Origin: Candidatus Methylomirabilota bacterium
GTDB lineage: Bacteria > Methylomirabilota > Methylomirabilia > Rokubacteriales > CSP1-6
DNA: 21,752 nt
Reading direction: 5' to 3'
NCBI GenBank assembly: GCA_046726415.1
Contig: JBKPAK010000202.1
Coordinates: forward strand, 1 to 21,752
Part shown: positions 1-7,206 of the stretch, piece by piece
Layout of the letters: each line of letters starts with the position of its first letter
Position numbering within the stretch: the stretch's first letter is position 1
Notes under the pieces: model-generated
Databases searched by the model: none
What the model saw: the letters and a program-made list of their open reading frames with translations, nothing else
What the model was told of the DNA's origin: nothing
Translations under genes and position numbers: made by a program

Positions 1-357
1 GTTCGCGCCAGCAAGTTCTTCCTGCGCTTCTTCGGCGGTTCGCTCGGCACCCTTCTCGCCGGGGTGATCCTCGCCACGGGCATCAACACTGCCCACGAAA
101 GCCTGAGGCTCGGGATGATCCCCGGGCTCGATCCTACCCACCAGATCCGGCGCGCCATTGAGAACCAGGCGATCGCGCGGGGAAGCTCGGTCCCCGAGGC
201 CACCACCCAAGCGGTCGCGCTGCTCGACGCGTGGATCCAGCAAAACGCCGTGGTGATGGGCTACCAGACCACGCTGCGCTGGGTGGCTCTCTTCAGCGCG
301 GCCGCCCTGGCGGTCGCACTGCTGATCCCCGCGGCGCAAGGATTCTCGCGCCTCTGA
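1..357 (+). CDS. C-terminal part of a DHA2 (EmrB/QacA-like) MFS efflux permease, 5'-truncated by the window
   Basis: Frame 1 is open from base 1 to TGA at 355-357. FLRFFGGSLGTLLAG, a long loop, then QQNAVVMGYQTT and a final hydrophobic helix resemble the last two TM segments of 14-TM DHA2 transporters. Confidence 0.65.
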   Translation, partial: VRASKFFLRFFGGSLGTLLAGVILATGINTAHESLRLGMIPGLDPTHQIRRAIENQAIARGSSVPEATTQAVALLDAWIQQNAVVMGYQTTLRWVALFSAAALAVALLIPAAQGFSRL

Positions 358-366
358 CCTGAGTCG

Positions 367-1410
367 CTACCAGCCGCGCGTCTCGCCGTGCTTCAGCACC
401 CATACCGTGTCCCCGTCGAGTCCTAGACGCTCGGTCTCCGCGCGGAGCCGGCGGGGCGGCTCGTCCAGCGGTTCGTCGGCGAGATCGAAAGTGCCCCAAT
501 GGATGGCCACGAAACGCGTGCCGCGGACGTCGGCGAAGATCCGGAGCGCCTCCTCCGGCGTGGTGTGACTCCACTTCATGATCCGGGGCGGGAGATAGGC
601 TCCGATGGCCACCGCGGTGAGGTCGAATGGACCCAGGCGCGCCCCGATCTCCCGAAACGCATCGTAGTAGGCGCTGTCGCCGGCGAAGAAGAAGCGGCGA
701 TCCCGGCCCGCCACGGCCCAGCCACACCACAGGCGTCGATTGAGATCCCACGGCGAGCGCTGGCTCCAGTGCTGGCCGGGCACGCACGTCACCGTCAGCC
801 CCTTCATCTCGCGCCCCTCCCACCAGTCGAGCTCTTCGACGTCACCGATGCCATTCTCGGCAAACCACGCCTTCATGCCGAGGGGGACGAAAAAGTGCGG
901 CCGGTGCGCGGCGGCCAGGCGCTGTACCGTGGGCAAGTCGAGGTGATCGTAGTGGTCGTGGGAGATCACGACGGCGTGGATCGGCGGGAGCGCCTCGAAG
1001 GGCACGCCGGGCGGGGTCACGCGCTTGGGGCCGGCGAACCCCACGGGGCTCGCCCGTTCGGACCACTGAGGATCGGTGAGCACGTTGACCCCGTCGAGCC
1101 GGACGAGGAGCGTGGAGTGCCCGACCCACGTCACCGTCGGCCCGGGCGGGTTCGCCATCGCCGCATCGCCGTTGGCCTCGATGGGAAAGCTGCCCACACG
1201 AGGCCCGAAGGTCGTCGTCCAGACGCGCGACGCGAAGAAGGACCAGCGCGTCCAGAAACCCGGGCGCGTGTAGCCCGCGTTGGTGTTCGCGAAGCCACGC
1301 TCGCGGTGATGAGGGGGAGCACCAGCTTTGGGGCCGCCGACGCCGAGACACCCCACGGCGAGCGCCACGATCACAAGGACGAGGACAGCGGCTCGGCTCT
1401 CGGGCCTCAT
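367..1410 (-). CDS. MBL-fold metallohydrolase (NAPE-PLD/RomA-like), probable lipoprotein
   Basis: Motifs TWVGHST, LTDPQWS, SHDHYDHLD (HxHxDH), FAGDSAY and IHWGTFDL. N-terminal hydrophobic stretch with lipobox-like LAVGC. Confidence 0.88.
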   Translation of the reverse strand: MRPESRAAVLVLVIVALAVGCLGVGGPKAGAPPHHRERGFANTNAGYTRPGFWTRWSFFASRVWTTTFGPRVGSFPIEANGDAAMANPPGPTVTWVGHSTLLVRLDGVNVLTDPQWSERASPVGFAGPKRVTPPGVPFEALPPIHAVVISHDHYDHLDLPTVQRLAAAHRPHFFVPLGMKAWFAENGIGDVEELDWWEGREMKGLTVTCVPGQHWSQRSPWDLNRRLWCGWAVAGRDRRFFFAGDSAYYDAFREIGARLGPFDLTAVAIGAYLPPRIMKWSHTTPEEALRIFADVRGTRFVAIHWGTFDLADEPLDEPPRRLRAETERLGLDGDTVWVLKHGETRGW

Positions 1411-1476
1411 TCCCCCCTGGGGGAATCGACACGGAACGGCGCGCCGTTACTCAAGGCCACCATCCTGGCTCGTCGA

Positions 1477-4182
1477 TCACGAGGGACGCGCCACGATGTC
1501 GTACACGAGCGCCAGCGCCTGATCGAGCTTCGCCGGATCCTTGCCGCCGGCCTGCGCCAGGTCCGGCCGCCCGCCCCCGCCGCCGCCCACGACCTTGGCG
1601 ATCTCCTGGATCAGCCGGCCGGCCTGCACGCGCTTGATCAGATCCTTGGTGACGGCGGCCACGAGACTGACTTTGCCGTCGACCGCGCTGCCCACGCAGA
1701 CCACGCCCGATCCCAGCCGATCGCGAATGGTGTCGACGACCTCGCGCAGCCCTTCGGTGTCGAGCCCATCGAGGCGGCCGGCCACGACGGCCACGCCGTT
1801 GATCTGACGCGCCCCGGCCAGGAGATCCTGGGCCTTGGCCCGGGCGAGCCTGCCCTCCAGGGCCTGGAGCTGCTTCTCCAGCGCCCGCTGATCGTCGAGC
1901 AGTTTGCGCAGACGCGACGGTGCCTCCGTCGGTGCCGCGTGCAGGATGTCGCCGATCTCGCGCAGAACGCGATCCTGCCGAGCCACCGCTTCCGCCGCCG
2001 CCGTTCCCGCCACCGCCTCGACGCGGCGTACGCCGGACGCCACGGCGCCCTCTTCCGTGACCTTGAAGAAGCCGAGCTGTCCGGTCTGGTCTAGATGAGT
2101 CCCGCCGCACAGCTCCGTGGAGAAGTCGCCGATTCGCACCACCCGCACGCGGTCTCCGTACTTCTCGCCGAAGAGGGCCATGGCCCCGCCAGCGAGCGCG
2201 TCCTGGAGGCCCATTTCCTCGTGAGTCACCGGCACGTTGGCCTGCACCTGCTCGTTCACGAGGTCGGCGATCTGCTCGAGGTCGTGCGCCTTGACCGCCT
2301 GGCCGTGGGAAAAGTCGAATCGCAGGTGGTCGGGGGCCACCAGCGAGCCGGCCTGCATGACGTGGGTGCCGAGGACGCGGCGCAGGGCCGCGTGGAGCAG
2401 ATGGGTTCCGGTGTGGTGCTGGCGGAGGCCCAGGCGGCGCGGTGTCTCGACGCTGACGGCCACGTCTTCGCCTTCGCGCAGGCCTCCGGCCTCGACCTTC
2501 ACGCGGTGGACGATGAGCTTCGCCCCCCGGTAGTACGTGTCGATGATCCGCCCGCGCCCGGCGCGGCCGACGATGGCGCCGGTGTCGCCGACCTGACCTC
2601 CGGACTCGGCGTACGCTGGAGTCCGGTCCAGAATGATCTCCACCTCGTCATCGACAGTCACTTCGCGGACCCGCCGCGTCCCGCTCACCATCGCCAGAAT
2701 GCGTCCTGGTGCGGTGAGCGCCTCGTAGCCCACGAAGGCCACCCTGGGGATCTCGTCCGACAGGCGCTGGAAGAGGCTGGCGCTCTCGTGGGCGCCCTCG
2801 TCGGCACCAAACACCGCTCCGGCCCGAGCGCGCCGGCGCTGGGCCTCCATCTCCTCGTTCCAGGCTCGCTCGGTCTCCTCGGAGACGATCCAGCCCCTGT
2901 CGCTCAGGATCTCCTCCGCGAGGTCGCGCGGGAAGCCGTACGTGTCGTAGAGGGTGAAGAGAAAGCGACCGTCGGCCACGCGCCGCTGATGCGGTGCCGA
3001 TGGGGAGGCGAGACCCCTGCTCGGTGGCATCGCCTCCTCGATATACTGCTCGATCCGCCGCATCCCCTGGTCGAGGGTCTCCGCGAAGCGCTCCTCCTCC
3101 TGGCGAACCGCTTCCTCGATGCGTCCCTGGTCGGCCACGATCTCCGGATAGGCCCGCCCCATGACCTCGCCCACCAGGGACACCACGCGCCACAGGAAGG
3201 GCTCGGTGAGGCCCAGCATGCGGCCGTGGCGCATGGCCCGCCGCATGATCCGCCGCAGCACGTAGCCTCGCCACTCGTTGGAGGGGAGGACCCCGTCCCC
3301 GATGAGGAAGGTGGCCGTCCGCGCGTGATCGGCGATCACGCGCATGGAGACGTCATCGTCCTTGCTCGCGCCATACGTCTTGTCCGCCAGGCCCGCAATG
3401 CGCGCGATGAGGGGCGCAAAGAGATCGGTGTCGAAGCTGGAACGCTTGCCCTGCAGCACCGCGGCCATGCGCTCCAGCCCCATGCCGGTGTCGATCGACG
3501 GACGCGGCAGCGGGGTCATCACCCCGCTCGTGTCGCGGTTGAACTGCATGAACACGAGATTCCAGATCTCCAGCCAGCGGTCGCAGTCGCACGCCGGACC
3601 CAGGCACGGGCGCCCCGCCGCCACCTCAGCGCAGGGAAGGTCGTCGCCCTGATGGAAGTGGATCTCCGAGCACGGGCCACAGGGCCCGGTGTCGCCCATG
3701 GCCCAAAAGTTCTCCTTCTCACCGAGGCGCAGGACGCGCTCGTCGGAGAACCCCGCCACCTGCTTCCAGAGGCGAAAGGCGTCATCGTCGTCCGTGAAGA
3801 CCGTGGCCATGAGGCGCGCGCGATCGATGCCGAGATCCTTGGTGAGGAACTCCCAGGCGAAGGCAATGGCGTCCGCCTTGAAGTAATCGCCGAAGGAGAA
3901 GTTGCCGAGCATCTCGAAGAACGTGTGGTGGCGCGCCGTGCGCCCCACATTCTCCAGGTCGTTGTGCTTGCCGCCGGCGCGGACGCACTTCTGGCAGGTG
4001 GTCGCGCGCACGTAGTCGCGCCGCTCCTCACCCAGGAACACGCCCTTGAATTGCACCATACCGGCATTCGTGAAGAGCAGGGTCGCGTCACCGACGGGTA
4101 CCAGCGGGGACGAGGGCACGCGCGTGTGCTGGTGGCGTTCGAAGAAACGCAGGAACGCTTCGCGCAGCGCTTCGCCAGTCAT
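1477..4182 (-). CDS. alaS: Alanine--tRNA ligase
   Basis: TLLFTNAGMVQFK, RHHTFFEMLGNFSFGDYFK, IDTGMGLER, editing motifs HTGTH and ELCGGTH, C-terminal GGGGGRPDLAQAGG. Start placed at ATG 4182 (MTGEALREAFL) because the ORF-track extension to 4500 overlaps the GNAT gene. Confidence 0.98.
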   Translation of the reverse strand: MTGEALREAFLRFFERHQHTRVPSSPLVPVGDATLLFTNAGMVQFKGVFLGEERRDYVRATTCQKCVRAGGKHNDLENVGRTARHHTFFEMLGNFSFGDYFKADAIAFAWEFLTKDLGIDRARLMATVFTDDDDAFRLWKQVAGFSDERVLRLGEKENFWAMGDTGPCGPCSEIHFHQGDDLPCAEVAAGRPCLGPACDCDRWLEIWNLVFMQFNRDTSGVMTPLPRPSIDTGMGLERMAAVLQGKRSSFDTDLFAPLIARIAGLADKTYGASKDDDVSMRVIADHARTATFLIGDGVLPSNEWRGYVLRRIMRRAMRHGRMLGLTEPFLWRVVSLVGEVMGRAYPEIVADQGRIEEAVRQEEERFAETLDQGMRRIEQYIEEAMPPSRGLASPSAPHQRRVADGRFLFTLYDTYGFPRDLAEEILSDRGWIVSEETERAWNEEMEAQRRRARAGAVFGADEGAHESASLFQRLSDEIPRVAFVGYEALTAPGRILAMVSGTRRVREVTVDDEVEIILDRTPAYAESGGQVGDTGAIVGRAGRGRIIDTYYRGAKLIVHRVKVEAGGLREGEDVAVSVETPRRLGLRQHHTGTHLLHAALRRVLGTHVMQAGSLVAPDHLRFDFSHGQAVKAHDLEQIADLVNEQVQANVPVTHEEMGLQDALAGGAMALFGEKYGDRVRVVRIGDFSTELCGGTHLDQTGQLGFFKVTEEGAVASGVRRVEAVAGTAAAEAVARQDRVLREIGDILHAAPTEAPSRLRKLLDDQRALEKQLQALEGRLARAKAQDLLAGARQINGVAVVAGRLDGLDTEGLREVVDTIRDRLGSGVVCVGSAVDGKVSLVAAVTKDLIKRVQAGRLIQEIAKVVGGGGGGRPDLAQAGGKDPAKLDQALALVYDIVARPS

Positions 4183-4191
4183 GGAACGTTC

Positions 4192-4200
4192 ATTGTAACA
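4192..4200 (-). promoter_or_regulatory. Extended -10 promoter (TGtTACAAT) of alaS
   Basis: The minus strand reads gaTGtTACAATgaacgttccATG, an AT-rich near-consensus element in a GC-rich background, 9 nt before the ATG with no SD. Confidence 0.65.
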
Positions 4201-4247
4201 TCGGCCATTCCGCCGGCCCGGGAGCCCCCGGTCGCACGCGTCGCGGG

Positions 4248-4802
4248 TTACGTTCCGCCAGGAGGGGTCGCCGCCCACTCCGGCGCGAGCATCGCGTAGA
4301 GCACGGAGTCGCGGCGGCGGCCCTTGGCGTAGCGGTGCTCGCGCAGGCGCCCTTCGCGTCGCATGCCGACTTTTTCGAGCACCCGCGCGGAGGCCACGTT
4401 CTCGGGCTCCACGATGGCGTAGATGCGGTGCATCCTCAGGGTCTCGAAGCCGAAGCGCAACAGACCGCGCGCGACCTCGGTGGCGAAGCCATGTCCCCAC
4501 GACGCCCGGGCCAGCGTATACCCGATCGAGGCTTCCCCGTGCTGAGCCGACTCGATCCAGATCCGGCAGCTGCCGATCACGCGGTCAGTATCGGCGAGCG
4601 CTACGGCGAGATCCCAGCGCGTGCGGGGCACTTCCTGCCGCGCATGTATGGTTTCCCCGATGAACGCGCGCTCTTCCTCCTCGGTGCTGGGACCCCAGTC
4701 CAGGTAGCGGACCACCTCGGGATCGGACGCGAACACGTGGGCCTCCGGCCAATCCTCCTCGCGCCACTCGCGGAGGCGGAGCCGCTCGAGTTCAAGCTCC
4801 AT
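4248..4802 (-). CDS. GNAT N-acetyltransferase, RimJ/RimL family
   Basis: LERLRLREW start, IGYTLARASWGHGFATE (acetyl-CoA motif A), PENVASARVLEKVGMRREG. Confidence 0.9.
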   Translation of the reverse strand: MELELERLRLREWREEDWPEAHVFASDPEVVRYLDWGPSTEEEERAFIGETIHARQEVPRTRWDLAVALADTDRVIGSCRIWIESAQHGEASIGYTLARASWGHGFATEVARGLLRFGFETLRMHRIYAIVEPENVASARVLEKVGMRREGRLREHRYAKGRRRDSVLYAMLAPEWAATPPGGT

Positions 4803-4886
4803 CGCCGAGCATCACGCGCGGTGCTTCTCGACGTTCGACGCGGGCTACTCCCGGCCCGCTCGAAGCAGGCGAGACCCACGGCATGA

Positions 4887-5423
4887 TCAGGGGTCCGGCG
4901 GCCAACCCGCACTCTCTTCGACGCCCAACAGCTCCCTGACCACACGTGCCACAACCGCTGCGCCGAATCCCCGACGCAGGAGGGAGTCGCGCAGGCGGCC
5001 GGCGGCGCGCTCTCTCTGCCCCCGCCGGAGCGCGGCCAGCCGTCGACGCGCCGCCTCGCGGGCGCGCTCCAGCTCGTCGTCCGGCGGCAGGCACTCCAGG
5101 GCGGCCTTCACCAGCGCGGCCGCCACGCCCCGCGCGCGCAGCTCGGTCGCGAGTCGGGCGGGGCCGTAGCCGCGCGCCGCGCGCGTCTCCGCCCACTGGC
5201 GAGCGAACAGGGCGTCGTTCAGGTGTCCGCGCGCGATGAGATCAGCCACCACCGTGGCGGCGACCTCGTGTGGGGCTCCACGGCGACGCAGCCGCGCGGC
5301 CAGCTCGGCGCAGGTCCAGGCGCGCCGGGACAGGAGATCGGCGGCCGCTCGGCGGGCCGCCGCGATGTCGAGGGCGCGCCGAGGGCCTACGATAGCCGAA
5401 GGGCGTGAGCGCCCGGCCCGAGA
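4887..5423 (-). CDS. recX: Regulatory protein RecX (start uncertain; in-frame TGA at 5424-5426 upstream)
   Basis: Directly downstream of recA. The reading frame gives AADLLSRRAWTCAELAARLRRRG...GHLNDALFARQW...GYGPARLATELRARGV...LLRRGF, matching the RecX repeats. Similarity extends well upstream of the first canonical start (GTG 5252). Confidence 0.85.
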   Translation of the reverse strand, partial: SRAGRSRPSAIVGPRRALDIAAARRAAADLLSRRAWTCAELAARLRRRGAPHEVAATVVADLIARGHLNDALFARQWAETRAARGYGPARLATELRARGVAAALVKAALECLPPDDELERAREAARRRLAALRRGQRERAAGRLRDSLLRRGFGAAVVARVVRELLGVEESAGWPPDP

Positions 5424-5454
5424 TCACGGGGTGCTCGTGGGGGCGCCCACTCGC

Positions 5455-6474
5455 TCACTTGATGAGTGCCACCGCCCGCAGCCCCAACGCCTCGCGGATC
5501 TTGGCCTCGAGATCGCCGAGCGCGGCGGGATTCTCCTGCAGCCACTTCTTGGCGTTCTCGCGGCCCTGCCCGATGCGCTCGTTCTTGTACGTGTACCAGG
5601 TGCCCGACTTCTCGATGAGGCTTTGCTCTACCCCGGCGTCGAGCACCGTGCCCGACTTGGAGATGCCCTCGCCGTATACCACGTCGAATTCCGCCTCGCG
5701 GAAAGGCGGGGCCAGCTTGTTCTTCACCACCTTGACCTTGGTGCGGACACCGATCGACTCCGTGCCCTGCTTGATGGCGTCCATGCGCCGGATGTCGAGC
5801 CGCACCGAGGCGTAGAATTTGAGCGCGCGCCCGCCCGGCGTCGTCTCTGGCGACCCGAACATGACGCCTATCTTTTCGCGGATTTGATTGATGAAGATGA
5901 CCACAGTGCCCGAGCGCGAGATGGCGGCGGTCAGCTTGCGGAGGGCCTGGGACATGAGGCGGGCCTGGAGCCCGGGGAGTGAATCGCCCATGTCGCCGTC
6001 CAGCTCGGCCCGCGGCACCAGGGCGGCCACCGAGTCGACGACGATGACGTCGACGGCGTTCGAGCGCACCAGGGTCTCGGCGATTTCCAGTGCCTGTTCG
6101 CCGGTGTCTGGCTGGGAGATCAGCAGCTCGTCGGTGTTCACGCCGAGGCGCCGCGCATAGATCGGATCGAGGGCGTGCTCGGCGTCGATGAACGCCGCGA
6201 TGCCACCCAGACGCTGAGCTTCGGCTACCACGTGCAGGGCGAGCGTGGTCTTGCCCGACGACTCCGGACCGAAGATCTCGCAGACGCGGCCACGCGGCAG
6301 CCCTCCGACGCCCAGGGCGACATCGAGGGACAACGCGCCGGTGGGGATGGTGGCCACTTCTTCGAGAGGCCCGCCCGCCCCCAGACGCATGACCGCGCCT
6401 TTGCCGAACTGCCGCTCGATCTGTGCGATCGCGAGGTCCAGCGCCTGTCGCCGGTCGCTCTTGGTTTCAGCCAT
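5455..6474 (-). CDS. recA: Recombinase RecA
   Basis: GPESSGKTT Walker [53 protein letters not shown] (6481-6486) lies 6 nt before ATG 6474. Confidence 0.99.
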   Translation of the reverse strand: MAETKSDRRQALDLAIAQIERQFGKGAVMRLGAGGPLEEVATIPTGALSLDVALGVGGLPRGRVCEIFGPESSGKTTLALHVVAEAQRLGGIAAFIDAEHALDPIYARRLGVNTDELLISQPDTGEQALEIAETLVRSNAVDVIVVDSVAALVPRAELDGDMGDSLPGLQARLMSQALRKLTAAISRSGTVVIFINQIREKIGVMFGSPETTPGGRALKFYASVRLDIRRMDAIKQGTESIGVRTKVKVVKNKLAPPFREAEFDVVYGEGISKSGTVLDAGVEQSLIEKSGTWYTYKNERIGQGRENAKKWLQENPAALGDLEAKIREALGLRAVALIK

Positions 6475-6528
6475 TCGCATCTCCTTGCGGGTTCGTGTTT
6501 CGCGGGCGCGGTCGAAAACGCCGCGGCC

Positions 6529-6558
6529 ATTCTAGGGGTGAGCCGACGACGAAATCAA
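6529..6558 (-). promoter_or_regulatory. Sigma-70-type promoter of recA: TTGATT-N18-TAGAAT
   Basis: -35 TTGATT at 6553-6558 and -10 TAGAAT at 6529-6534 on the minus strand, in the thpR-recA gap. Confidence 0.65.
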
Positions 6559-6630
6559 CGTCGACAATGTCGGACACGCCGCTCGCCACTGGCGACCACT
6601 CGGTCGGCGTCACGCCGCATCGACCTCCGA

Positions 6631-7206
6631 TCACGATCGGCGGGCCAGCGACAGGCCGGCAATCTCCGAGTAGCGGGCGCCGCGCGGCGACAGCTCGCTT
6701 CGCATCAGGACCACGCGATCCACCCGGGCCGAGCCGAACTCCACGTTCGCCGCGCCGGCCAGCGCTTCGGTGAGAGCTGGGTCGCGTCGGGGCTCGCGGA
6801 CCCGACCAAGCGTGATGTGAGCCGAGAATCCTCGCGCCTCGCGAGGAAAGCCGAGGGGGGCAAGGCTCTGCTCCACCACCTCGGCCAGGGCCACCAGGCC
6901 GGGCGCTCCGAACCCCACGCCCGCCCAGATGACCCGCGGGCGAGAGGAGGTCGGAAAAGCCCCCAGCCCGCGCAGCGCGATGTCGAACGCCTCGAGACCA
7001 GCGACCGCCGCGCCCACCGCGATCGCGATCGCCTCCACGCGCTGGTCCTCGACGGAGCCCAGGAACTTCAGGGTCACGTGGAAGTTGTCCGTGCCCACCC
7101 ACGAGACCCCGCGCGTCACGGCGCGCAGTGGCGCGCCGGCCGCCTCCAGACGCTGCCGGAGCGCCGGGGGCAGGGTGACGGCGACGAACGTCCGGATGCT
7201 CGCTAT
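6631..7206 (-). CDS. thpR: RNA 2',3'-cyclic phosphodiesterase (2H family, LigT/ThpR)
   Basis: IRTFVAV N-terminus and two HxT motifs (FHVTLKFLG, SAHITLGR). Sits between cinA and recA. Start is either ATA 7206 or the overlapping GTG 7272. Confidence 0.93.
   Translation of the reverse strand: MASIRTFVAVTLPPALRQRLEAAGAPLRAVTRGVSWVGTDNFHVTLKFLGSVEDQRVEAIAIAVGAAVAGLEAFDIALRGLGAFPTSSRPRVIWAGVGFGAPGLVALAEVVEQSLAPLGFPREARGFSAHITLGRVREPRRDPALTEALAGAANVEFGSARVDRVVLMRSELSPRGARYSEIAGLSLARRS

Noticed and set aside
4201..4247. T-box riboswitch upstream of alaS
   Set aside because: The gap is far too short and contains no T-box consensus.
4183..4500. N-terminal extensions of AlaRS (also PgpA to 9195, RNase J to 21538 and patatin to 17497) in the ORF track
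   Set aside because: They overlap neighbouring genes or promoters and lack homology. Downstream starts fit the family N-termini and the SD or -10 signals.
4248..4802. GNAT as an aminoacyl-tRNA-acetylating toxin of a toxin-antitoxin pair
   Set aside because: The sequence is RimJ/RimL-like rather than AtaT/TacT-like, and there is no adjacent small RHH antitoxin gene.
5395..5426. Selenocysteine insertion at the recX TGA
   Set aside because: The downstream hairpin loop (CUCA) lacks the apical G typical of bacterial SECIS elements, and the position lies in a non-conserved leader with no Cys-equivalent role.
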